64,000 bases of DNA, taken from NCBI GenBank assembly GCA_963669295.1, contig OY769938.1:1890278-1954277 (forward strand), written 5' to 3'. The translations under genes were made by a program, and so were the position numbers. Numbering within the stretch: the first letter of the stretch is position 1; each line of letters begins with the position of its first letter. This DNA comes from Flavobacteriales bacterium (GTDB lineage Bacteria > Bacteroidota > Bacteroidia > Flavobacteriales_D > CALLUQ01). The notes beneath the pieces were generated by a model, which saw only the letters and a program-made list of their open reading frames with translations, ran no database searches and was not told where the DNA came from. Positions 46,586 to 55,684 of this stretch are shown here, one piece after another.

Positions 46586-46605
46586 CTTTCAAAATTTTCT
46601 GAAAG
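46586..46605. promoter_or_regulatory. Imperfect inverted repeat, candidate operator of the GbsR-like regulator
   Basis: CTTTCAAAA/TTTTCTGAAAG (one bulged base) lies 13-47 nt upstream of the regulator's candidate starts. Confidence 0.3.
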
Positions 46606-46630
46606 AAAGTGCAACAAGCGTGCCAAACAA

Positions 46631-46660
46631 CAAAAAAGGCGTTATCGGTGGATAACGCCT
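46631..46660 (-). terminator. Rho-independent terminator ending the adhesin gene string
   Basis: AGGCGTTATC-GGTG-GATAACGCCT perfect 10-bp stem, followed on the minus strand by TTTTTT. Confidence 0.8.
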
Positions 46661-46680
46661 TTAATGTTACTGTCTGTTTC

Positions 46681-47067
46681 TTATTTCACCGTAGATACGA
46701 ACTGATCTATTTTGTGATTTTGCCCATCATATTGAAAGTTTTCTACTTTAAATGCGCGCAACATTTTATGAATATAACGCTTATCGCATTCGTAATCGAT
46801 GGTCATAGTACACTGATATAGGCCCGGTGTTTGCTCCTCCATATCTAAAGTAAGGTACTTATCGTAGTTCACCAGTTGCGCAGTTACCCATCCGATGTGT
46901 TCTTTTGAAGCTTTCAATTGAAACTCGGAAACTGTTTTTCCATCTTTAGTTGATTGTGCTACCGAAACATTCGATGTATATACTGCTGTTACCCCTTTTT
47001 CTTGCGGTAATGCCACTAAAGCACAGCAAATAAAGGCAAAGGTAAATATTGTTTTTAACGATTTCAT
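46681..47067 (-). CDS. Small secreted protein of unknown function
   Basis: 128 aa with a signal peptide, 29 nt downstream of the adhesin gene. Confidence 0.6.
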   Translation of the reverse strand: MKSLKTIFTFAFICCALVALPQEKGVTAVYTSNVSVAQSTKDGKTVSEFQLKASKEHIGWVTAQLVNYDKYLTLDMEEQTPGLYQCTMTIDYECDKRYIHKMLRAFKVENFQYDGQNHKIDQFVSTVK

Positions 47068-47096
47068 AACGATTTCTTTTCGATTAGTAGATTCTT

Positions 47097-49667
47097 TTAC
47101 CTGGTAAGGGTTACATGCCCCGCTTCTTCTATTACTGTTCCATCTTTACCAACAGCCCTAACCATATAATAGTAGGTGCCTTCTGGGGCAGCATCACCGT
47201 TTTTAGTTTCACCAGCCCAATGGCCGTTTAATGCATCCCACTCAAAAATTAACGTCCCCCACCTGTTGTAGATTTGGCATTCTATCGTTTCAACACCATC
47301 TACGTCGAGTACAAAGAAGTCGTTTACACCATCGCCATTCGGGGAGAATATGTTCGGTACTTCAATGTCGGAAAGTTCATCTATTGTAATGGTAAACAAC
47401 ACACTATCACAACATCCACCAGCATTGCACGATACCAATGTAATGGTATAAGTACCTGGCGTGTCGTAAAAATGGTTTACATCTATCAAACTTGTGGTGG
47501 TAGTATCTGATCCATCACCAAAGTTCCAGTGGTGAATTACCCCTCCAGTGGTGTTATTCATGAATGTAACATCCAGTGGTGCTGTTCCCGACCCAGGCGT
47601 TGGCGTAAAGTCTGGATAAACACCTATCACCTCACCTACAACGATACTATCTGTATAAGTACAACCATTTACATCTGTAACCGTAACTCCATAAGTGCCC
47701 GAGCTAAGCCCATTGAAGTTAGCGCTTGATTGTGAGGCTCCTCCATTAATACTATAAGTGTATGGTGAAGCTCCTCCTGTTGGGGTTGCGGTTGCATCGC
47801 CATCAAATAGACCACATGTAGCAACATTAGACGATAGGGTCATTGACAGTGGTGGTGGCTCATTAATAATTGCACCTGCACTATGTGTGCACCCATTAGC
47901 ATCTGTAACTACCACATCAAATGTGCCTACCGGAAGGCCGGTAGCCGTACTTCCCGTTTGGTTATTGGGGTCATTCCATAGATAGGTATATGGTGGGGTT
48001 CCTCCTGTTAATCCTGTAACTGTAGCAGACCCATCACTTCCTCCATTACACGATACGTTATTTATTGATAGCGTAAACGCAATGGGTGGCGGTTCATTGA
48101 TGACTACACTATCGATTGCCGTACAACCTAAAGAGTCTGTTACAGTAACATAATGAGTTCCTGCTGGCAGTCCGGTAATGGAATCATTTGGTGTAGTTCC
48201 AGCAGTCCACTGGTAGGTAAATGGGGCTCCATTACCTCCCGAAGGAGTAACGGTTGCTCCTCCTGTGGGGGTACCATTACAAAGTACATCTGTCACCCCT
48301 GAAATCAGTGTTGATACTACTGGTGGCTCGTCAATGGTTACTGATACCGTATCTGCACAGCCAGTAGAGTCCATTACAATAACATCCCAGGTTCCTACTG
48401 GTAGATCTACCGCGTTCGAGTCCGTTTGTGTTAATGGGTCATTCCAGAAATAGGAATACGAGCCTCCTACACCTCCTGTACCAAATGCCGTCGCGGTACC
48501 CGTTGATTCCCCATTACAGATCGCGTCTGCAAATGTTAGAATGCTCGCTTGTACGGTATTGTCAATATCAATAGTAATGGTTGTATCAAGGTAACACCCC
48601 GATGTATCAGTTACTGTAATAGTATACATTCCTGCGCCTAAACCAGTAACCATTGAATCGGTATATCCTCCAGGATTCCAGTCGTAGCTGAATACTCCTG
48701 TTCCAATTGGTGTAATGATTCCAACGCCTGTGTTTGTGGTACAAGCTGTTGGGGTAACTGTAGCGCTTATTGTAAAGTTTGCCACATTATTATCTACCAA
48801 TACCGTATCTGTTATGGAAGCGTTGTTGCAAGTATATACTACTTCGGCCACGTAGTTTGTGGGGCCATTAGGCACCGCTACAGTGCCATTTCCTCCAATA
48901 AGGTTTCCGTTGTCGTACCAGTTCACTGTAAAAGCAGGGGCGCCTGCTGGAGTCCACCGCATTCCTTCATTGGTAACACTCCAGGCCGTATTGTTCCTTC
49001 CTGTCACTATTTCTGCCAGGTTTCCTGCCGCGTTGTGCAGTGCATGTACCGCTTCACCATTGTTCCAGGTACATATTGGCCTAAAACCAATGTGTGTTTC
49101 GATTTCGTTGGTGGTTTCGTAAATAACAATTTGACTTGAAAATAAGTTACCACACTGATACATCGGCACCAGGTCGTAGCTCACAACTAATCTTCTAAAA
49201 GGTGCTGTACCATATACACCATAAGATATTGTTCCTCCTTGTGCCGGATTAATATCCTGCCAGGGCCCCATAATCGCGTCTACTGGTTGCGCAGGGTCAG
49301 GAATTATCTCTGTATCCCATGGCGAGTATTGATTGGCCTGTGCAAGGTCGAATGTAATGTAGTTGTTGGATGAAACAACAAACTGTGTATATGTATTTCC
49401 GTAATAACAAAAGTCAAACCCAATATTATATACCCCTGAGTGCTGATCATCAATTGCAAGGGGAACAATGTTTGGCCCTACCCATGGGTCGGGATTATAG
49501 GGGATCGGGTTTATTACATACGAATCTGTGGCAAATACTGAATCAACAGTGGCAAGTAGTGTAATGGAGTCATTACAATTTATTAATGTGTCATTGCCTG
49601 CATTGATTTGGGAGTACGTGAGTCCACTATATCCGAGCAAAGCCGTTAGGATAAGTGTTTTTTTCAT
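47097..49667 (-). CDS. SprB-repeat / PKD adhesin with T9SS type B (gliding-motility-associated) C-terminal domain
   Basis: 856 aa with a signal peptide and about 5 SprB-type repeats ('CNGGSDGSATVTGLTGGTPPYTYLWND..'). It has one PKD unit ('WNFGDGSD') and the C-terminal domain 'IFSPNGDGVNDFF....YNRWGTLIFEW....G.YYY'. Confidence 0.88.
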   Translation of the reverse strand: MKKTLILTALLGYSGLTYSQINAGNDTLINCNDSITLLATVDSVFATDSYVINPIPYNPDPWVGPNIVPLAIDDQHSGVYNIGFDFCYYGNTYTQFVVSSNNYITFDLAQANQYSPWDTEIIPDPAQPVDAIMGPWQDINPAQGGTISYGVYGTAPFRRLVVSYDLVPMYQCGNLFSSQIVIYETTNEIETHIGFRPICTWNNGEAVHALHNAAGNLAEIVTGRNNTAWSVTNEGMRWTPAGAPAFTVNWYDNGNLIGGNGTVAVPNGPTNYVAEVVYTCNNASITDTVLVDNNVANFTISATVTPTACTTNTGVGIITPIGTGVFSYDWNPGGYTDSMVTGLGAGMYTITVTDTSGCYLDTTITIDIDNTVQASILTFADAICNGESTGTATAFGTGGVGGSYSYFWNDPLTQTDSNAVDLPVGTWDVIVMDSTGCADTVSVTIDEPPVVSTLISGVTDVLCNGTPTGGATVTPSGGNGAPFTYQWTAGTTPNDSITGLPAGTHYVTVTDSLGCTAIDSVVINEPPPIAFTLSINNVSCNGGSDGSATVTGLTGGTPPYTYLWNDPNNQTGSTATGLPVGTFDVVVTDANGCTHSAGAIINEPPPLSMTLSSNVATCGLFDGDATATPTGGASPYTYSINGGASQSSANFNGLSSGTYGVTVTDVNGCTYTDSIVVGEVIGVYPDFTPTPGSGTAPLDVTFMNNTTGGVIHHWNFGDGSDTTTTSLIDVNHFYDTPGTYTITLVSCNAGGCCDSVLFTITIDELSDIEVPNIFSPNGDGVNDFFVLDVDGVETIECQIYNRWGTLIFEWDALNGHWAGETKNGDAAPEGTYYYMVRAVGKDGTVIEEAGHVTLTR

Positions 49668-49750
49668 CTTGTTTAAGTTAGGCGTTAGGTATAGGTATTA
49701 TGCAAAATTAGGAATATTGTTCCCTCATTCTACGTGTTTTATCATTTTTC

Positions 49751-52700
49751 TTATTCTCTTATCATTGTAACTGATCCGGATTCTTCGAGTTCCGTTCCAT
49801 CAAACCCGATAGCAGTAATTCTAAAATAATAGGTTCCTTCCGGGGCTTCAAGCCCTGATATTGTTCTTCCATCCCACCACCCATTGGTCGTGTTCCATTC
49901 ATAAATTTTCTGTCCCCAGCGATTAAATATTGTTGCTCCAAGTGTTTCTATGCCTGTTGTTTGCACTGCAAAAACATCATTTGTCCCATCAGCGTTTGGT
50001 GTAAAGACGTTTGGAACAATAATGGTTGCCTCGCCAAATACTGTAATGTCCATAAAAGCAGTGTCTAAGCAACCGGCACTATTCGTTGCTATTAGCATAA
50101 TCGTATAGGTTCCGTTCGTTGTATAAGTTATTGTCGGGTCAGTGGCTACTGAAGTTGTTCCATCGCCAAAGTCCCATAAATAAGCTACTGCTCCGGTGCT
50201 GGTATTGGTAACGTTTACGTTTAACGGGGCTATGCCTGAGGTGGGGGATGCTATAAATGAGGCAATTACCGCTGCTGGCTCTATAATGGTAACTGTTTGT
50301 ATTGCACTACACCCTCCTGCATCTGTTATTTCAACAGTGTAGGTGCCCGCACAAACTCCTACATATGTGGTATTCGTTTCTCCGGCAATTGGGTTGTTTT
50401 GATCGTCTAACCACTGGTAAGTGTATGGTGTTGCTCCTCCGCTAGCGAAAGCTGTTACAGCGCCATCACAAATGCCATTACAGCTCGCGTTTGCTATCGA
50501 CACACTATCTAATGATACTCCACCTAATGCCGCCACTGTTTCCATTCCGGAAGCCTGACAGCCATTGGCATCTTCTACTACAATGTTGTAGGTGCCTGCC
50601 GCTAATCCGGTAAAAAGGTTGGAGGCTTGAAAAGTGACTCCATTGTCAATACTAAATTGCAATGGTGGAACACCTCCAATAACCGGAATGGTAATGCTTC
50701 CATTAGCCACATTGCAGCTTTCATCCGTTACTATTGTGTTAAATGCTAACAATTGTGGGTCGGTTAAGGTAATTGTTTGCAAAGATTGGCAGCCAACGCC
50801 ATCTTCCACCACAATATCGTAAGTACCAGCCCCAAGACCTGTGAAAGATCCCGAGCCTTGAAATGTACTTCCATTATCGATGCTATATTGTAATGGCGGA
50901 GTGCCTCCACTTGCCGTAATGGTTATCGCTCCTGTTAAGTCGGCATTGCATAAAGGATCGGAGCTTGCTGTGTTATCAATTGTTGGACCATTAAGGTTGT
51001 TCAATGTTTCTGTTCCTGTCGTCTGGCAACCACTGCCGTCTACTACTACTACATCGTAAGCGCCTGCTCCAAGACCCGTAAAAGAACCCGTGCCCTGAAA
51101 AGTGACCCCATTATCGATACTGTACTGATAAGGGCCTCCATCGCCTCCTGTTCCTGTTATTACAATGGCTCCGTCTGTTGCTCCACAGTTAGGGTCAGTT
51201 AATACTATTGTATAGGCTACTGCAGGGGGCGCGGTTAATGTTACCGTACTGGTAGATTGGCAACCATTGGCATCTTCTATTACAATGCTGTATATACCTG
51301 CTCCCAGCCCTACAAAACTGTTGGAAGCTTGAAAAGTAATTCCATTGTCAGCGCTATATTGCAACGGTGGAGTGCCTCCACTTGCTGTGATGGTAATGGT
51401 ACCGTTCAAATCACCATTGCACAAAGGGTCTGTGTTGGCAATGTTATCAATTGTTGGCCCACTTAAGTTGCTCAATGCTTCAACTCCTGTGGCTTGACAA
51501 CCACTACCATCTTCTACCACCACATTGTAAGTGCCTGCTCCAAGGTTGGTAAAGGAGCCCGAGCCCTGGAAAGTGACTCCATTATCGATACTGTATTGAT
51601 AAGGGCCACCATCACCTCCTGCTCCTGTTATTACAATCGCTCCATCTGTTGCTCCACAATTAGGGTTAGTTAATACTACAGTGTAAGTTATTGCGGGAGG
51701 GTTGGTTAATGTTACCGTACTGGTAGATTGACAACCATTCGCATCTTCTACCACAATGCTATAAGCGCCTGCACCAAGTCCTGCAAAACTGTTAGAAGCC
51801 TGAAAAGTAGTTCCATTGTCGATGCTGTACTGATAGGGTGTTGCCCCTCCGTTTGCTGTAATGTTGATGGTTCCGCTTAAGTCGCCATTGCACTGGGGGT
51901 CTATTGTTGTTGTTGTATGTATTAACGCTGGTGGGTCAGTAAGTGTAACCTGGGTGGTAGCCTGGCAACCATTAGCATCTTCTACTACAATATCGTAAGT
52001 GCCTGCTCCCAGTCCGCTAAATGTATTGCTTGCTTGAAAAGTAACACCATTGTCAATACTATATTGTAGCGGTGAGGTTCCTCCTCCGGCTGTTATATCA
52101 ATGCCTCCATCTGCGGCTCCAGCACAATTAGGGTGAATGGTAGCTACATTCGTGATAACCAACATCGGTGGGTCAGTAAGTGTAACCTGGGTGGTGACCT
52201 GGCAGCCGTTCGCATCTTCTACTACAATGTTGTAGGTGCCTGAAGCTAAACCATTAAATACGTTCCCTGCTTGAAAAGTAACGCCATTGTCGGTGCTATA
52301 TTGATAGGGTGTTGTCCCTCCATTTGCTGTAATATCGATGCTCCCGCTTCCTGCGCCTGTGCACTGTGGATCGGTTACAGCTACATTGCTAATCGTGGGG
52401 TTCGGGTTAATGGTTACGGTTACTGTTGCAGGGTTGCTCTGGCACCCTCCTGAGGTTTCTGTGATGTAATATACTGTTGTTCCAGGGGTATTGGATGGTG
52501 TGTGTGTTCCCCCTGTGCCCACCATATTGGTCAATCCTACATCGTCAAACCACTCTAAATCCCCTCCTCCTCCTGAGGCTGTTAAGTTGGCTAACGGGTC
52601 GCCAAAGCAATAGATTGCATCCGTTCCCGCTGTTGGTGGTAAAGGGCCACTAACCGTTACATCTTGAGTCGTACAATCAATGCATCCCGCACCATCGTCA

Positions 52701-53686
52701 AAACAATATTGAATCGTGTGTGTGCCTGGACCGGCAAGCACCGGGTCGAAAGTGGCCACTCCGAAGCCTGTATCAGTAATCCCCGCGCCAGAAAATGTGG
52801 CTGATCCACTTACGTTTCCTATTACAAATGTGAAACATGTGGTGCCTCCATTGTGATTGAAGGTGCCACTTCCTATTAGGTTACCCGTTGCATTGTCATA
52901 CACTTCATAGTTGAATGTTCCATCTGGAAATAGGTCGCACCACTCAAATGAGTATACTGCTGTAGGGTCCCCATATTCAAGGGTAAGCGTCCAAATGGAG
53001 TTGTCGGGTACTGTTCCTACAGGAAAAAAAGCAAAAGAGGAGCCATTTTCAAAAAACTCGATGGTGTTTTCGGTGGAAGAAAATCCGTCTGTTGTAATAA
53101 TGACCTGGAACCCGGGTGTAATGAAACTTCCATTGGCAGCAATATCATCAGCGGCAAGGGTAACAGCTGCATCGGTACAACCCATATTGGCCGGAAGGCC
53201 CGAAAACGATACCGTTGGGCATGCTTGTTCACATACCTCTGCTTGCCATTGACATTCCGCTCCAGCATCTCCATCAATAACAATGTAATAGGTAGTTCCA
53301 GCCGTTCCAGGAAAGTTTAGGGTCGGTACTGGAAGCCCTCCGCTAACACAGCCTAGTGGATTTAAGGCTCCGCAGGCTCCATCAAACACTCCCATTTGTA
53401 TGTCGGTTCCGCTATTGCAAGAAAAACCCATTAAGTTAAAGTCGTATGTCCCTGTGTTTGGAGCTACAAAAGAATACCATACTGAGTTTTCAACACTTAA
53501 TGCACAGATGTCTGCTGCTGCGTATGTATCGTCTGCACCTATGGTTGCGCCAATGTTACTACCCACAGGGCTCACCGTACAGTTGGTTAGTGGTACTGCA
53601 CTGGCACAAAAATCACTTTGTGCTTGCACATGACTAACTGAAAAAGCAAGCAGTAGAAGTAAAAAAGCACGTATCTTTCTTTTCAT
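49751..53686 (-). CDS. Giant SprB-repeat adhesin with T9SS type B C-terminal domain
   Basis: 1311 aa with a signal peptide, a Cys-rich N-terminal region, nine tandem repeats of about 78 aa and one PKD unit ('WDFGDGTTS'). The C-terminal domain is 'VFTPNADGTNDVF..FNRWGQKIYEW..GTYYF'. Confidence 0.88.
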   Translation of the reverse strand: MKRKIRAFLLLLLAFSVSHVQAQSDFCASAVPLTNCTVSPVGSNIGATIGADDTYAAADICALSVENSVWYSFVAPNTGTYDFNLMGFSCNSGTDIQMGVFDGACGALNPLGCVSGGLPVPTLNFPGTAGTTYYIVIDGDAGAECQWQAEVCEQACPTVSFSGLPANMGCTDAAVTLAADDIAANGSFITPGFQVIITTDGFSSTENTIEFFENGSSFAFFPVGTVPDNSIWTLTLEYGDPTAVYSFEWCDLFPDGTFNYEVYDNATGNLIGSGTFNHNGGTTCFTFVIGNVSGSATFSGAGITDTGFGVATFDPVLAGPGTHTIQYCFDDGAGCIDCTTQDVTVSGPLPPTAGTDAIYCFGDPLANLTASGGGGDLEWFDDVGLTNMVGTGGTHTPSNTPGTTVYYITETSGGCQSNPATVTVTINPNPTISNVAVTDPQCTGAGSGSIDITANGGTTPYQYSTDNGVTFQAGNVFNGLASGTYNIVVEDANGCQVTTQVTLTDPPMLVITNVATIHPNCAGAADGGIDITAGGGTSPLQYSIDNGVTFQASNTFSGLGAGTYDIVVEDANGCQATTQVTLTDPPALIHTTTTIDPQCNGDLSGTINITANGGATPYQYSIDNGTTFQASNSFAGLGAGAYSIVVEDANGCQSTSTVTLTNPPAITYTVVLTNPNCGATDGAIVITGAGGDGGPYQYSIDNGVTFQGSGSFTNLGAGTYNVVVEDGSGCQATGVEALSNLSGPTIDNIANTDPLCNGDLNGTITITASGGTPPLQYSADNGITFQASNSFVGLGAGIYSIVIEDANGCQSTSTVTLTAPPAVAYTIVLTDPNCGATDGAIVITGTGGDGGPYQYSIDNGVTFQGTGSFTGLGAGAYDVVVVDGSGCQTTGTETLNNLNGPTIDNTASSDPLCNADLTGAITITASGGTPPLQYSIDNGSTFQGSGSFTGLGAGTYDIVVEDGVGCQSLQTITLTDPQLLAFNTIVTDESCNVANGSITIPVIGGVPPLQFSIDNGVTFQASNLFTGLAAGTYNIVVEDANGCQASGMETVAALGGVSLDSVSIANASCNGICDGAVTAFASGGATPYTYQWLDDQNNPIAGETNTTYVGVCAGTYTVEITDAGGCSAIQTVTIIEPAAVIASFIASPTSGIAPLNVNVTNTSTGAVAYLWDFGDGTTSVATDPTITYTTNGTYTIMLIATNSAGCLDTAFMDITVFGEATIIVPNVFTPNADGTNDVFAVQTTGIETLGATIFNRWGQKIYEWNTTNGWWDGRTISGLEAPEGTYYFRITAIGFDGTELEESGSVTMIRE
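50290..52410 (-). repeat. Nine in-frame tandem repeats of about 234 bp (SprB repeat units) inside the 1311-aa gene
   Basis: Repeat units share 'C.G...G.I.ITA.GGT.P.QYSIDNG.TFQ.S..F.GL.AG.Y.IVVED.NGCQ'. Units 4-5 and 6-7 form a two-unit duplication (about 51700-51230 versus 51230-50760), estimated by eye at 80-90% nt identity. Confidence 0.85.
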
Positions 53687-53722
53687 AACAAGCAGCTATA
53701 AAGTAAGCTTTCAGAGCATTTT

Positions 53723-54064
53723 TTAGCCGTCTTTTTTTTCGGAAGCGTTTATCTTTTCCAGGGTTTTCTTGTTCAATTTTTCCCGGTTATTACGCATCCA
53801 GGTCTTTGCTGCAATCACATATTCTTCCTGACTGCGGTAGGCATTTCGCTGTGGAAAATCTCGTGGAAGTGTTTCTACATTCAGGTATTTTTCAACGATC
53901 TCTGTGTTGGTCATTCCCTGGCTGTGCACTTGTTGCGTAATGGTGTTTTTTTTCGATGGGGCAATGGTTGCCTTGTTACTCTGCAGTGTTTGTGCGTTGC
54001 TAAAGGTGGCTGTAGAGAGTAGGGCAGCTATTACCACGAAACCGATTAATAAAGGGGTTTTCAT
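53723..54064 (-). CDS. Small secreted protein of unknown function
   Basis: 113 aa with a signal peptide (ALLSTATFSNAQ), 36 nt upstream of the giant adhesin gene. Confidence 0.55.
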   Translation of the reverse strand: MKTPLLIGFVVIAALLSTATFSNAQTLQSNKATIAPSKKNTITQQVHSQGMTNTEIVEKYLNVETLPRDFPQRNAYRSQEEYVIAAKTWMRNNREKLNKKTLEKINASEKKDG

Positions 54065-54170
54065 GGCGCTATGTATTAAGTAAAGCTTCGCTAAAAATTC
54101 AAATTTATGCCTATAGGACGTAAATTTTGGTCGAATGGTTGCGTGGCACCCCTTAATTTATGCTTTTTTT

Positions 54171-55589
54171 TCACGAAAGCTCGTCGATCCACTCCTTTAT
54201 TTGCTGATGGAAAGGGGATATTTTAACCGTCGCCTGGCTAATTTCTTCCAGTGTTTTAGGGGATCTTACGCCTAATAAGCGACAGAAATTAGTGATAATT
54301 ACTGCGTTGGAGTCGTAATTAAATACTTTTCCTTTGTTCAAGTCCATTTGTCGAATGGCTCGCTCTACCAGGTTTTCGCATAATCCAACGTTCTTTTTCT
54401 CGTAGTGGATACGTATTTCAAGCAATCGCGACCATATGGCGATGTAGAAGTTTTGTGCGTATGAAAGGTCATTTAAAAGCCATAATGCGTCTTTATATTC
54501 TCCCTTCAAAAAATGAATGTAAGCATTAATGAACTCTAACAAGTAATTGTTTTCTTCCTGAAAATGGTGCTCATGCTTTTTTATTTCCTGCATTACCGCA
54601 TCGTCTGTTCCATTGATCATTATTTGAAAAAGCATGTGATAGAACACAGCTATTGCATCGGTAAATTGGTGTTTTTCATTGAGTTCAAGTGTTCGGTCGG
54701 TAAGCGGGCTCAGTTGTTCTGGTGTTTCTCCATGATGAAATCGCGCCAGTGCCTTTAAAAAACACATCCGTCGCTCCAGTTTCTCTATCGATTCTTGCGT
54801 ACCCGTGCAGTTTTCCAGCAATTCTTCCGCTTCTTTCATGTGTAATTCAAACCGTTCTTTATCGTCGAAATTGAATCGTGCTTGTGCTACTTTGTATTTT
54901 ACTGCTTCCGGTTTTTGATCCGCAATTTGAATTAGTGCGTTGATTTCGTGGTCCTCGAGCATCAACCCCTTTAGCTCTTCCAATATGGTTGTGTCGTCGA
55001 GGTAAAGACCCGAGAGAAGATTATATACTTCCGATAGTTTTTTATGATACAGCTCTTGTGTTAGGCGGTTTTTCTTCAGCAATATTTCGCGAAGTTGAAT
55101 AAGGTCTTTTTTCTTTTGGCTTTGCGACTTAATAATGATTTCGCTATCAATGCAATCGCTTTCAATCCAAAGGTCTTTATCTTTTTCAGCAAGGGGAATT
55201 GTTTTCTTTAGATATCCTTTAAACAGTTCTTTTGTTGACGATTTATGGTACATTTTTGCCAACAGATAGTTTCTTGTTTTAAGGTCGGTTTTTAACAAGT
55301 CCGTTAGCTTTACATGCTCTATTTCTTTTACAGCAAAATCGATGAAACGACGGATTGTTTTATCTTTTTCGTTTTCATCTTTATCTGTTGCTACCGACTT
55401 TTCGTATAACTCTCTCGCTATTTCTTCGAGAAGGTCTTCGTATTGTTTTTTATGGCGCAGGTTTTTTTTTATGAGCTTATATAGTGCCACATGTCGCTTA
55501 TCTCCCGAGCGTTTACAGTTGTTTAATATCCTGTGTTTTTCGGATTTATCGAGGTCTTGTATTAAATAAAAAAGGCTTTTTCCCTTCAT
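54171..55589 (-). CDS. All-alpha (TPR-like) cytoplasmic protein of unknown function; paralog of 40355..41815
   Basis: 472 aa with no signal peptide or TM segment. The N-terminal 'LFYLIQDLDKSEKHRILNNCKRSGDKRHVALYKLIKK' aligns with 'LNSLVDSMNKEEVRHLKLYLNRTSSKGARKDEMLFNYIRK'. Confidence 0.6.
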   Translation of the reverse strand: MKGKSLFYLIQDLDKSEKHRILNNCKRSGDKRHVALYKLIKKNLRHKKQYEDLLEEIARELYEKSVATDKDENEKDKTIRRFIDFAVKEIEHVKLTDLLKTDLKTRNYLLAKMYHKSSTKELFKGYLKKTIPLAEKDKDLWIESDCIDSEIIIKSQSQKKKDLIQLREILLKKNRLTQELYHKKLSEVYNLLSGLYLDDTTILEELKGLMLEDHEINALIQIADQKPEAVKYKVAQARFNFDDKERFELHMKEAEELLENCTGTQESIEKLERRMCFLKALARFHHGETPEQLSPLTDRTLELNEKHQFTDAIAVFYHMLFQIMINGTDDAVMQEIKKHEHHFQEENNYLLEFINAYIHFLKGEYKDALWLLNDLSYAQNFYIAIWSRLLEIRIHYEKKNVGLCENLVERAIRQMDLNKGKVFNYDSNAVIITNFCRLLGVRSPKTLEEISQATVKISPFHQQIKEWIDELS

Positions 55590-55684
55590 TCGTTAAGCAT
55601 TTGGGGCTTACTTTGTTTACGCATACTTTTATTCGTGCCTTTTCGCTTTTTAGTTATACTTTTATCTTTCTCAACACCCCTTGC

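Noticed and set aside
50290-52410. Highly repetitive DNA that could be mistaken for a CRISPR array, satellite or mobile element
   Set aside because: The repeats are in-frame units of about 234 bp within one continuous 1311-aa ORF. They translate to canonical SprB-type repeats.
55484-55684. Longer 782-aa version of the RNase R ORF
   Set aside because: The extension overlaps the 5' end of the minus-strand gene 54171..55589 and translates to low-complexity hydrophobic sequence. The Lys-rich MAKKKKSKK start at 55685 fits RNase R N-termini.
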